A stretch of 64,000 bases of DNA. Origin: Raja brachyura (lineage: Eukaryota). Under the pieces are notes generated by a model. The model was not told the origin of the DNA. It searched no databases and saw only the letters and a list, made by a program, of their open reading frames with translations. Of the stretch, positions 12,981-22,333 are shown piece after piece (the first letter of the stretch is position 1; every line of letters begins with the position of its first letter). Position numbers and translations under genes: made by a program. The stretch is from positions 13,702,001 to 13,766,000 of the forward strand of contig OY740803.1 of NCBI GenBank assembly GCA_963514005.1, read 5' to 3'.

Positions 12981-14619
12981 CTATGGAAAGAGTGAGTAAT
13001 GAATCACATCTCTGTACGTATTCCAGCCAAAATAATTGCCAATATTTGGCTTTGCAAAGTAGCAAAATCCATGCTGATTATGTTAGTGCAACAGTGGGCC
13101 TGGCGCAATTTTCACATATTGTCAGGCACTTGTGTGCATTGAGACTTGTGCGTACATTGTAGCTCTGGTAGTAATATATATTACATCAGCAACTGCACCA
13201 AAATAAACCAACATTGGTCACTTTGTTTATCATAGTAGAATAAACTTCCAGTACAATGAAGTAGTATAGAAAGAAAACAGGGCGACAGACCTGATTCGCA
13301 CTTACTCATGGAATTTCCATCGACTGGGACCAAGTTAGATTTCCATGGCTCCAAACACAGGGGCAGATAAATATTTTTGAACATACACACAGTCATTAAT
13401 TCTTCTCCACTTACAGAAAATGTTATTTCTACTGCTTTGCTTCAGTCCGTTGGATCAGAGGAGTGTGACTACCGGTTTGTGTGTTCTTAATATCACCCCC
13501 TAATCCAAAGGCAGACTGGTTTTGTAGCAAGGCTCAATGGTTCTCTTTGTACTTGACTCATAAACCAGGAATGTTCTGAAATATAAATCAGTTCCAAGGG
13601 ATTGGGCACCTGGAGCTGTTGTTGTGTAAAATAACCTTGAACTGAGCTTCTGAGGTTTTTTGTACCAACTCTATTCCTGCACTTTCTGAAATTGTTTTAA
13701 AAACATGAATTGCCTTCTATTGCTTTTTCTTCCCTGTATTATAATGTCACAGACCATCTTTCCAAACAATCCAATTTACAGTCAATATTGTTGTTCAGGC
13801 CTCAATTCCCTAATCTTTCTAAGATGCACCCTCCTTTACTTTAAATAGCCTCCACAACCAACTAGGAAAAGGAATTACTTTGTCAGGTGAAGTTTCTCTG
13901 TACCTTAGTGTTAAAGGAGAACCCCTTAACTTGAATCAAAGCCCTCATTCGATATTCTCCCACCAATGGGGTCATCTTAACATCTACTCAGTCATACCCC
14001 TTTAGAATCGAGTTATGTTCAATAAGACCCCCCACATTCTTCTAAGCTCCAAAGATTACAGACTCCAACTCTTAGGCCTCTCATTGTATAGGTATCCTTA
14101 CATCCCAGGTATCATATCCATTTTGAATTAAGGGGACCAAAACTACACAGTTTAGCTTCACTAACGCCCTGTACAACTCTAACAGTAGTTCCTTATTTTT
14201 AAACTTGTGAGAAGGCCAATGTGCTGTTTGGCTTTTTTTTGTAACAGCCTGCTGTACCTGTGTATTAACTTTTGTGATTCACGTACAACACCTAGATAGA
14301 CACAAAATGCTGGGGTAACTTAGCGGGACAGGCAGTATCTCTGGAGAGAAGGAATGATGACATTTGGGTCGAGACCCTTCTTCAATCTGAAGGGGCTGAA
14401 GAATGGTCCTCCCGAAACGTCCCCCAGCCGAGTCATCCGGCCAGTTTGCATCTATATATCCCTTTGTTATCACCTCTTCTACAGCCAACAATGGACCATT
14501 GTGGGTTCCACCTTTCTTTGGTCATCAGTGCTAGCTATGATTTGTTCAGAACCTTTTCTGGTGTTTGGACCTCCTTGTTAATCGTGGATGGCTCATGTTT
14601 CCAATGGATTCCATGTTCT

Positions 14620-14865
14620 TAGTTTAGATTAGTTTAGAGATGCAGCAGAGAAACAGGCCCTTCATCCCACTGAGTCTATGCCGACCATCGATAACCTGTT
14701 CACACTAGTTCTGTGTTATCCCACTTTTGCACATTAAGGACAATTTACAGAGGCCAATAACCCAGGTATCATATCCATTTTGAATCAAACCTGCGTGTCT
14801 TTGGGATGTGGGAGGAAAGCAGAGCACCCAGAGGACACTCACGAGGTACTGTGAGAACATACAAA
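14620..14865 (-). mobile_element. HE1-type V-SINE carrying a 25-bp templated insertion
   Basis: V-domain and tail; foreign patch at 14761-14785. Confidence 0.8.
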
Positions 14866-15029
14866 TTCCATCTGAGATTAACTGGGATCTATTGCTGCCA
14901 AACGTTTAATCTCAACTACAGAAATCTATTGGTATGTCCCTACCTGTCACAATTTTATTTTTATGTTCCCCTTCATCATCCAGTGCCACAACTCTCTCAT
15001 TTATTTTTTAAACTTTTCCCATCACGAGC

Positions 15030-15030
<1 letters not shown>

Positions 15031-15061
<31 letters not shown>
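15031..15061. repeat. Poly(C) homopolymer, 31 nt
   Basis: Uninterrupted C run; exact length may be a sequencing artefact. Confidence 0.85.
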
Positions 15062-15063
<2 letters not shown>

Positions 15064-16243
15064 ACCTCCAATTCCCCCCTCTCTACATAGTTTGTCTTTC
15101 TGCGACACTAGTTATGCAATTCATCAGGGCGTTGACCCCAGCATGGTTCAAATTCAGCTCATCCCAACACAACAGATGCATCCCCCCCCCACCCCCCAAT
15201 ATCAGTGCCGTTGCATTTGTCTGACCCACTTTGTTACTCCAGTTTTTTTTGTTTATAACTTCCATTACCCCATGAATTGGAAGACATTTCTCCCACAATG
15301 GCTGCGAGAATTGTCAGGATCAAAAAATATTTCTGGCTGTTTATACTTAAAAGTTCTTGCAAGAATGCATTAGTTATCACGTATTAACACGCTGGTCTCA
15401 TACTAGCACTGTACAAGGAGCTATAAAAAGATCAAAACCGTTTGCTAACATGTTGACATGATTTTGATGACCTTGAGCATTCTTCTTTATCTGCATCATT
15501 TCCAATGAAATATTTATATTGCATTTATAAATCAACCCGGCAGAATTCTCAGGCAATGCTGTAAATCTGGTGTTATTCTGATGTACATAATCCTTATGTT
15601 CACTGTATGGTCCTTTATAGAACAATGTAATTAAATACATTAATCAGCCGTTTCACATCAACATTTTAATACAACTAGTAATATAATCAACATTTATTGC
15701 AATATTATCTCAAATTCACTCCACAATCCTTTGGTAAAATTCGCTTAGTTATTTTGCATCTGTTCCAGGCGTTTGTTCCGTTTCATTACCTTGCATGCTC
15801 GTCAGTGTTGTTATTTGACCCTCTCTGGCCTTTCACCTCAATACAAACCACTCTTCCCCGCCATGAGTTTCTACCTTTCTTTGCTTCTCCAGCCTCTAAC
15901 AATTTCCAGCTGCATTGACTCTTCATTGATCTGAAACACCAACTCAGGTTCTCTCCCCTGATTCCTGTTTTAATTATTGCACAATGAGACTCTTGTTCTG
16001 CATCATTTGGTGTGGAAGCTTTAACCTTAACTTGCATCCATGCACCACTCCCTGCTGCACCAAATGCTGCTGCTGGTTCACCAAGCTATTGTATCCTGCA
16101 GTAACAAAACTGCGATTTCACCTTTCAGTATCTTCTCCCAAATAAATAACACAAAAATATGACAAACATGGAAAATAGTAAGATTAAACAAGAACTTACC
16201 AGTTTGAAGTTTGATCTTTATTTTATGAGGAGTCGAGTTGAGG

Positions 16244-16281
16244 GACTACGTGAAGAACCCCGTACAGCCGTTGGTGCGTCA
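16244..16281. repeat. DIRS 3' inverted terminal repeat core
   Basis: gactacgtgaagaaccccgtacagccgttggtgcgtca, the exact reverse complement of 20884-20921. Confidence 0.95.
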
Positions 16282-16391
16282 ATCTTCAAAGCAGCGGAGT
16301 GAACTCACAGATAACAACAACTGAAGTATAATTGTAAGATAACGAAGACTAGAACTACCAGATGAAATCTATGAGGGCTGGGAGCGGAGGG

Positions 16392-16504
16392 CACGTAGTC
16401 CCTCAACTCGACTCCTCATAAAATAAAGATCAAACTTCAAACTGGTAAGTTCTTGTTTAATCTTACTATTTTACTTTGGAGTCACGTGAGTGACTACGTG
16501 AAGA
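16392..16504. repeat. DIRS internal complementary region (ICR)
   Basis: 16392-16472 is the 81/81 reverse complement of 16172-16252. 16467-16504 is the 37/38 reverse complement of 20909-20946. The two parts overlap at TATTTT. Confidence 0.95.
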
Positions 16505-16662
16505 CTTCAAAGCTCTGTGATTTCACGCCGCAGACCCAAATCCGGCGTTCACACTGCATTGATTGACTGAAAGTCGTTAACAATCAATAATACATCAATA
16601 ATGACACTTCTTAAATGAATAACAGTTTATTTACAAACAAAACCACAACAAACCCCACTAAC

Positions 16663-17655
16663 TCAGGGGGAAACTATAACAGAACTCAAAACAGAATCAG
16701 CAAACACCCCCAGCCTTGAAATCGGCTTGTGGTAAAACTTTTCAAAAGTCAGCTCACTGGACCATCCTGCGGCCGCGAGAATATGGTCTATAGGCACGTC
16801 CATCGCCCTTGCCGCGGAAGTTGATGCCGCCCTGGTGGAATGAGATTTGAATTTATCAGTATCAATTCCAGCACTTCCCAGAACCTGCTTCAACCACCTT
16901 GAAATTGTTTGCACCGACACCTTACTGTGTGGTTTTTTGTGGCTAATAAATAATGCAGACTCTGTTCCTCGTAGGGCTTTAGTAACCTCAATGTAATGAG
17001 ATAAATGTGAGACTACACACAAGCGATCATCTGTGGGGTATGCTGAAAACACAACCTTACATCCTGTCATGCCGATTCTACTATGTTTAAGCAAATCATA
17101 GACATAAAATATAATGGCATCTGCCGACACATGCATTCTGTCTATCCGTAGCTTTTGCAAAGTTTGTACACGTTGGGCTGAAACCAACGCCATAAGCATG
17201 ACCAGCTTCAAACTTAATTTGGCTAAAGATAAGCTTGCAACAGGAGCCCACTGGCGAAGAAGCATAAAAACTTCACTCACATTCCAAATACCGGCATACC
17301 TGGGTTTAGGAGGATTAGAATTAAAAACTCCCTTCATAAATCGTGAAACTAACGGATGTGTCCCTACTGAACGCAATTCTGAATTCATGGCCAAATAAGA
17401 AGACAGAGCACTTCTGGCTGTATTGATCGCACTGTAACTTAATTTTTGATCAAAATAAAGACTGGACAAAAACTCCAATACATCTGTAATGCCTGCCGTT
17501 TGATATGAAATGTTCTGGTGTTGACAGAATTGCTCCCACTTCCTTATCGAGGTGACATACTGCTTCTGTGTACTATCCCTGCAGGCCGACGTGAGAACAT
17601 CCACAGTACGATCAGACAGTCCTCTCCCCAGGTATGGCCTCCTCAAAATCTGCAA
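16663..17655 (-). CDS. DIRS tyrosine recombinase (330 aa from TTG; no in-frame ATG at the start)
   Basis: N-terminal core-binding region (SAINTARSALS, HPLVSRFMKG). Catalytic R (SAQRV), K (LLKHS), HxxR (SHSTR), W (AGWS), Y (KFYHK) all present. Overlaps ORF1 by 13 nt in the -1 frame. Confidence 0.93.
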   Translation of the reverse strand: MQILRRPYLGRGLSDRTVDVLTSACRDSTQKQYVTSIRKWEQFCQHQNISYQTAGITDVLEFLSSLYFDQKLSYSAINTARSALSSYLAMNSELRSVGTHPLVSRFMKGVFNSNPPKPRYAGIWNVSEVFMLLRQWAPVASLSLAKLSLKLVMLMALVSAQRVQTLQKLRIDRMHVSADAIIFYVYDLLKHSRIGMTGCKVVFSAYPTDDRLCVVSHLSHYIEVTKALRGTESALFISHKKPHSKVSVQTISRWLKQVLGSAGIDTDKFKSHSTRAASTSAARAMDVPIDHILAAAGWSSELTFEKFYHKPISRLGVFADSVLSSVIVSP

Positions 17656-20600
17656 ATCAACAGATCAATACGATCATGTAAAGGATGTTGATCCCCAGTT
17701 ACTGGATTTACCAGTAGATTTTCATTCTTGGGAATAATCATGTGAGGCTCCCTAGCCATTTGTAATACCAGAGGAAACCATGCTTGTGTAGGCCAATCTG
17801 GCACTACCAATATCCCTGAAGCAGAATCCTGCGTGACCTTTTGCAAGCATCTACTGATGAGACAGAATGGAGGAAATACATACACAAACATTCCTCCCCA
17901 ATGCAGCGAGAAAGCGTCTACCGCTGCTGCACCAGGATCTGGTTCCCATGAAACATATCTGGGCAACTGATGATTTAACCTAGATGCGAACAAATCAATG
18001 TCTGGCATTCCATACCGAACAACCACTTGATTAAATACATCCTGATTTAACATCCATTCTATGTTGTCATTAAACTGACGTGATCTAGTGTCAGCTACCG
18101 TGTTAAATCTACCTGGCAAATAAATTGCCGAAATCCAGATATTTCTGTCAATGCACCAGCTCCAAACCTGGTTAGCCAGTCTATCACAAGCCTGTGACTT
18201 GACTCCACCCATGTGGTTTACATATGCCACTGCTGTGGTGTTGTCAATCTGAACCTGCACATGCAAGTCCCTACAAGTAGAACAATAAGCCTTAAGGCCA
18301 TACCAGGTTCCCAACAACTCTAAATAATTGATCCCTCTCAATTGAAGCAAGGATGTCTCTTCCGCATTCCATCTACCTCCACAGCTGGAAGACAAATCTG
18401 TTGCACCCCAACCTAGTGCACTAACATCAGTCTGTAATACCATTGAAGGCGGTTCCACCGAAACCTTCCGAAAACTTTTTGGAGCATTTACTATCCACCA
18501 TTGTATGTCGGAAATTGCCCCAGCTGACAACTGCATAGACCTGTCAAAATGTCCCATTTGTATTCTCAGTGCCTGTTCCTTCAATCGTTGTAATTGTTGA
18601 TAATGCAGAGGACCATACTGCACAGCTGGAAAAGCAGCTACCAGCTTACCAATCAGCTGAGCTACTTGTCTAATTGATGGTCGTTGTTCTCCAAGGAGAT
18701 TAACACAATCCTCAATCAACTGTTGCAATTTGTCCCTGGGCAAAAATACCAACATGTGATTTGAATTAATGGTAAATCCCAAATAATCAATGATTTGAAC
18801 TGGTGATAATTTGGATTTATCTGGGTGAACAATGAACCCTAATTGTTGAAAAGTGGACTTAACAACTGAAACTGACAACAGAGCTTCAGCATGAGTCTTA
18901 CCAACAATCAGAATATCATCTAAATAGGCCATTACCACATGCCCCTGAGCTCTGAGTAATGCTAACACAGGTTTTACCAATTTAGTAAATAATCTAGGGG
19001 CTGAAGTTAATCCATTAGGCAGTGCCTTAAATTGCCACAGCTGACTCATCCAAATGAATTTCAAATATCTTCTATCATCACCATGAATAGACACTGAGTA
19101 ATATGCATCTTTCAAATCAATGCTAGCCATATAACACCCTTTGGAAATTAGATGTTTGGCCGTGGAAAATGTTTCCATTTTGAAATGCCTATAACAGACA
19201 AACTTGTTCAAACTTGTTAAATCCAGGATAATTCTACATCCCCCAGTCTTTTTAGCCCTAGGAAAAATACTTGACACAAATTGACAACTTTGATAGACTG
19301 ATGTCTCAATTACCCCTTTCTTGTGTAATGAACTAATTTCTGTTTGTATAAGGACTTTTTCTTCATCTGAAAATATAAGTTTCCGACTTGGAGCATGTTG
19401 AGTGGGTGGTCTCTCATTAGAGTAAAATTCAATTTTTACCCCTTCAATACTGTTCAATATAAACACATCTGACGTTAACTCCTGCCATTGTTTGAGAAAC
19501 CATTTTAACCTTCCCCCAACTTCAACAATACTTAATTCATTCTCTCTCGAAGGCTCATCCCTTACCTGCATATGTGCTTGTAGACCTTGTTGTCCACGGC
19601 CCCTTGAGAAAGGCGCCTTGCCCTTCATACCGGTGGCAGCCTGCCAATTCCGGTATTGGAGACCTGTATGGCTGGTTCCTTCACCTGCCACCGAACTGGT
19701 ACCTCTTTGATAAGGATAAAACCTTTTTCCTGGTTTACCAGCTGTCTTAATGAGGCCCATAGTTTTTACGTCCTCATGACATTCTTTCACCCTTTTTACC
19801 AGATCCCCTCCGAACAGCAGGTTTCTTGGCGGTACACTGGGTGGTTTGCACAAAGCCGCCAAATTAGGATTAATTACCGGCCTTATAGCGGCTCTTCTGA
19901 TATTATTAATTTCAAAAAATGCACTGCAGAACAGTCCTAGTGCATCTTGATGGGCCTCAGACATATTCCCGGTATCAATAATTTTCACCAAAGCCGTAAG
20001 CCCTGCCGAGAACAATCTGAGCACTTTTTGAAATTTCATCTCCTGAGCCCTAGCTGACACCCCCAACTGTGTCCAAATCTGATGATTCACCACCGGTACT
20101 TTCAGAAGGTCGCAATTAATAGGAGCCTCGTACTTCTTGGCGGTCTCATCCATGGCTAACTCCTGCAGCTGGTGGGAGAGCATATACTGAATTGCTGCAG
20201 CCAATTCTTCACCAACCGGCTCTCCTGCCTCTCTGGGCATAGCAAATTTCCCAGCAATATTCGGAATTACTTCCAACTGAACTCCCTTACTGCTCTCCCC
20301 CACCACAGACTCGGTGTCAGCGAACTGCACCATTGGAACATCCTCCTCACAGGCAGGATATTCCTGCAGCCCTGTAAAAGGTACTGCTGGCTCAGGCTCT
20401 CCAACAGCCTGGCTTGGGCACCACTCCTCCTCACGGAGCTGGTCCCTGTCGAGCATTCTTTGCAATAGAATCTCGACCTGGGAGAGCCGTGAGCAAACGG
20501 ACTCTCCTATAGAGGGTAGAACCTCCAGGCCCGACTCTGGGTCAACGGGCCTATCTGACTTACCAGTGGCCTTCCGCCCTACTGGCAAGCCTACACTGCT

Positions 20601-20747
20601 CGAAGGCAGTGGGTCCGCAACCACTGGCTGTATAGCCAGCACCGGACCAGGTGCACAAGACGGGCCTCCACCAACAACACTCTCCTGGTCGTCAACCTTC
20701 TTCCCTCCGGAGCGCCTCGCCGCCACCTTTTTCACTTTCTGCAACAT
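17643..20747 (-). CDS. DIRS polyprotein: Gag-like + reverse transcriptase + RNase H + DNA N6-adenine methyltransferase-like domain (1034 aa)
   Basis: RT motifs IDLKDAY, LPNGLTSAP, YLDD (18915-18926). RNase H motifs QTDVS..GWG, INYLEL, IDNTTA, NTVAD. MT motifs DLFAS (17982-17996), DAF, FPPF (17865-17876). No stops or frameshifts. Confidence 0.95.
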   Translation of the reverse strand: MLQKVKKVAARRSGGKKVDDQESVVGGGPSCAPGPVLAIQPVVADPLPSSSVGLPVGRKATGKSDRPVDPESGLEVLPSIGESVCSRLSQVEILLQRMLDRDQLREEEWCPSQAVGEPEPAVPFTGLQEYPACEEDVPMVQFADTESVVGESSKGVQLEVIPNIAGKFAMPREAGEPVGEELAAAIQYMLSHQLQELAMDETAKKYEAPINCDLLKVPVVNHQIWTQLGVSARAQEMKFQKVLRLFSAGLTALVKIIDTGNMSEAHQDALGLFCSAFFEINNIRRAAIRPVINPNLAALCKPPSVPPRNLLFGGDLVKRVKECHEDVKTMGLIKTAGKPGKRFYPYQRGTSSVAGEGTSHTGLQYRNWQAATGMKGKAPFSRGRGQQGLQAHMQVRDEPSRENELSIVEVGGRLKWFLKQWQELTSDVFILNSIEGVKIEFYSNERPPTQHAPSRKLIFSDEEKVLIQTEISSLHKKGVIETSVYQSCQFVSSIFPRAKKTGGCRIILDLTSLNKFVCYRHFKMETFSTAKHLISKGCYMASIDLKDAYYSVSIHGDDRRYLKFIWMSQLWQFKALPNGLTSAPRLFTKLVKPVLALLRAQGHVVMAYLDDILIVGKTHAEALLSVSVVKSTFQQLGFIVHPDKSKLSPVQIIDYLGFTINSNHMLVFLPRDKLQQLIEDCVNLLGEQRPSIRQVAQLIGKLVAAFPAVQYGPLHYQQLQRLKEQALRIQMGHFDRSMQLSAGAISDIQWWIVNAPKSFRKVSVEPPSMVLQTDVSALGWGATDLSSSCGGRWNAEETSLLQLRGINYLELLGTWYGLKAYCSTCRDLHVQVQIDNTTAVAYVNHMGGVKSQACDRLANQVWSWCIDRNIWISAIYLPGRFNTVADTRSRQFNDNIEWMLNQDVFNQVVVRYGMPDIDLFASRLNHQLPRYVSWEPDPGAAAVDAFSLHWGGMFVYVFPPFCLISRCLQKVTQDSASGILVVPDWPTQAWFPLVLQMAREPHMIIPKNENLLVNPVTGDQHPLHDRIDLLICRF

Positions 20748-20865
20748 TCTCCAAAACGTTCTCCAACCGTCGCAGAAAATGAACTCTGAAAAAATTTTTA
20801 AAACTTACCTCGAGTTTTAAACTTACCGCTTGGAGGAGCGCTGCTGCTCCAACCGGCCGACTGCA

Positions 20866-20930
20866 CCAATGCGTCTGACGTCATGACGCACCAACGGCTG
20901 TACGGGGTTCTTCACGTAGTCACTCACGTG
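20866..20930 (-). promoter_or_regulatory. Putative internal promoter motifs of the DIRS 5' end
   Basis: E-box CACGTG 20925-20930, CRE palindrome TGACGTCA 20876-20883 and CCAAT 20866-20870, clustered in the first ~80 nt of the element; function inferred. Confidence 0.45.
20884..20921. repeat. DIRS 5' inverted terminal repeat core
   Basis: 38/38 reverse complement of 16244-16281. Confidence 0.95.
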
Positions 20931-22077
20931 ACTCCGAAGTAAAATAATACTTACATAGACCTTACATATACTTATATAACTGAAGACAGTTTGTAGAGAG
21001 ACCACATGCAGAGGCATGGACATTTCTCAAATTGAGAGGATACTGAGAGATGACGGAGCCTATTACTGAGCTGACATATAATTGTGTCTTTAAAGTGAAG
21101 AAATTGGGATTGAGGGAGGTTAACACTTAATTAAAGTGAATTGTGCCAAATACTGGGCAATGAGACTTTGACTTGAGTAAAGAAAGGGTGCAAGACGTAG
21201 GAATACGTGATGTATCATAAGAAACAGTAACATAACTAAAATTAGGTCAAGGAAAGAGCGTTCATGTGGCGGCCCTGCTTCCACCAATCTTTCCACCACC
21301 GCGCACAAGAAACACAAGGAGCGACAAGACAGGCGCAATGCATACAAAGCGTTGCATGCAGATGCCGAGAAGTGTGTTCAGCTCTGGCTGAACAACTTCT
21401 AATCTTGTGTGTGGACTCGATAAGAAGAAGACAAAACTAAACTTCAAACTCAGAATAAAATAACTATTGTGCATCGATCTGACCTCACAGTTTAATTAAC
21501 ATGCCAGGTTAACAAGTTCACTTTTCAGAATTGCAAGCACACTTTGAATATATAAATAGAATATACAAGCTCTCTGGTGCTAATTGGTCTGCTGATCTTT
21601 CCTATTTGTAACAAAGCAATTGGCTGCAATCAGTAGTTTCCTGAGGACGGATATCTTCAGGCAACAGTATCAGGTTTTGCAGGTGAAATTAATTATTACC
21701 AGACATACGGCTGGTTAACTTTTCATCGGTTTCACAAATTCCAAGTTTGATTCTAAGCAGCCGGGCGATGCCTGCCAAGGCACACGAGTCAATTCCAGGT
21801 GTCTGGCTGCAATATAAATGTGATACTTTGTTTTCCAGCATGAAAATGAAAAAAATATCGCCTGATGGCCAAATCAAATGAAAGTTCTCATTTACTGCCT
21901 GCCGTATTCTTCAACTCAGAAAAGTGGCACACTCTCCCAAATAATGACATAATCTCCACTGCAAAGGTGAAGCAATGCAATTAGCAATAAAACAGAGTAA
22001 AATTGTGGCATTGATTTCAGTTGTAATTCTGCATTTCTTTTATTGAATTGTTCTTTCACATGATAATTATTTTAGAG

Positions 22078-22333
22078 AGTTTAGAGAGACAGTGGAGAAA
22101 TAGGCCCATTAGCCCACCTTGTCCACGCCGACCATCAATCACCCGTTCATATTTCTTATCCACTTTCATATCCACTCCCTACACACTAGGAGCAATTTAT
22201 AGAGGCCAATTACCCTTCAAATCCGCACGTCTTTGGGATGAAGGAGGTAACAAGAACACCTCGAAAAAATCTAGGTCACAGGGAGAACGTGCAAACTCCG
22301 CACAGTCAGCACCTGAGGTCACACTGGCGCTGT
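22078..22333 (-). mobile_element. HE1-type V-SINE
   Basis: V-domain and tail similarity to the other copies. Confidence 0.78.

Larger units (their letters stand above)
16172..20946 (-). mobile_element. Full-length DIRS1-type tyrosine-recombinase retrotransposon
   Basis: Gag-RT-RH-MT ORF plus YR ORF; 38-bp perfect ITRs; ICR complementary to both ends; AAAATA core at both junctions (16172-16177, 20941-20946); no conventional TSD. Confidence 0.96.

Noticed and set aside
14806-15373. Polyproline-containing ORFs
   Set aside because: Translation of a poly(C) tract; no splice or homology support.
15398-15613. Possible alternative terminal exon (GPYSEHKDYV...)
   Set aside because: Weak acceptor, phase incompatible with the host phase-2 intron, no similarity to B3GNTL1.
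17643-17660. Programmed -1 frameshift from ORF1 into YR
   Set aside because: No canonical X XXY YYZ slippery heptamer in the short overlap; not excluded, but less supported than splicing or a lost ATG.
16663-20747. Phage integrase plus RT plus Dam methylase read as a prophage, retron or bacterial contamination
   Set aside because: Domain order and ITR/ICR structure are diagnostic of a eukaryotic DIRS1 retrotransposon, and the flanks are host intron.
20314-20820. 168-aa antisense ORF inside the DIRS gag region
   Set aside because: Ser/Thr/Gly-rich shadow of a GC-rich coding strand, GTG start, no motifs.
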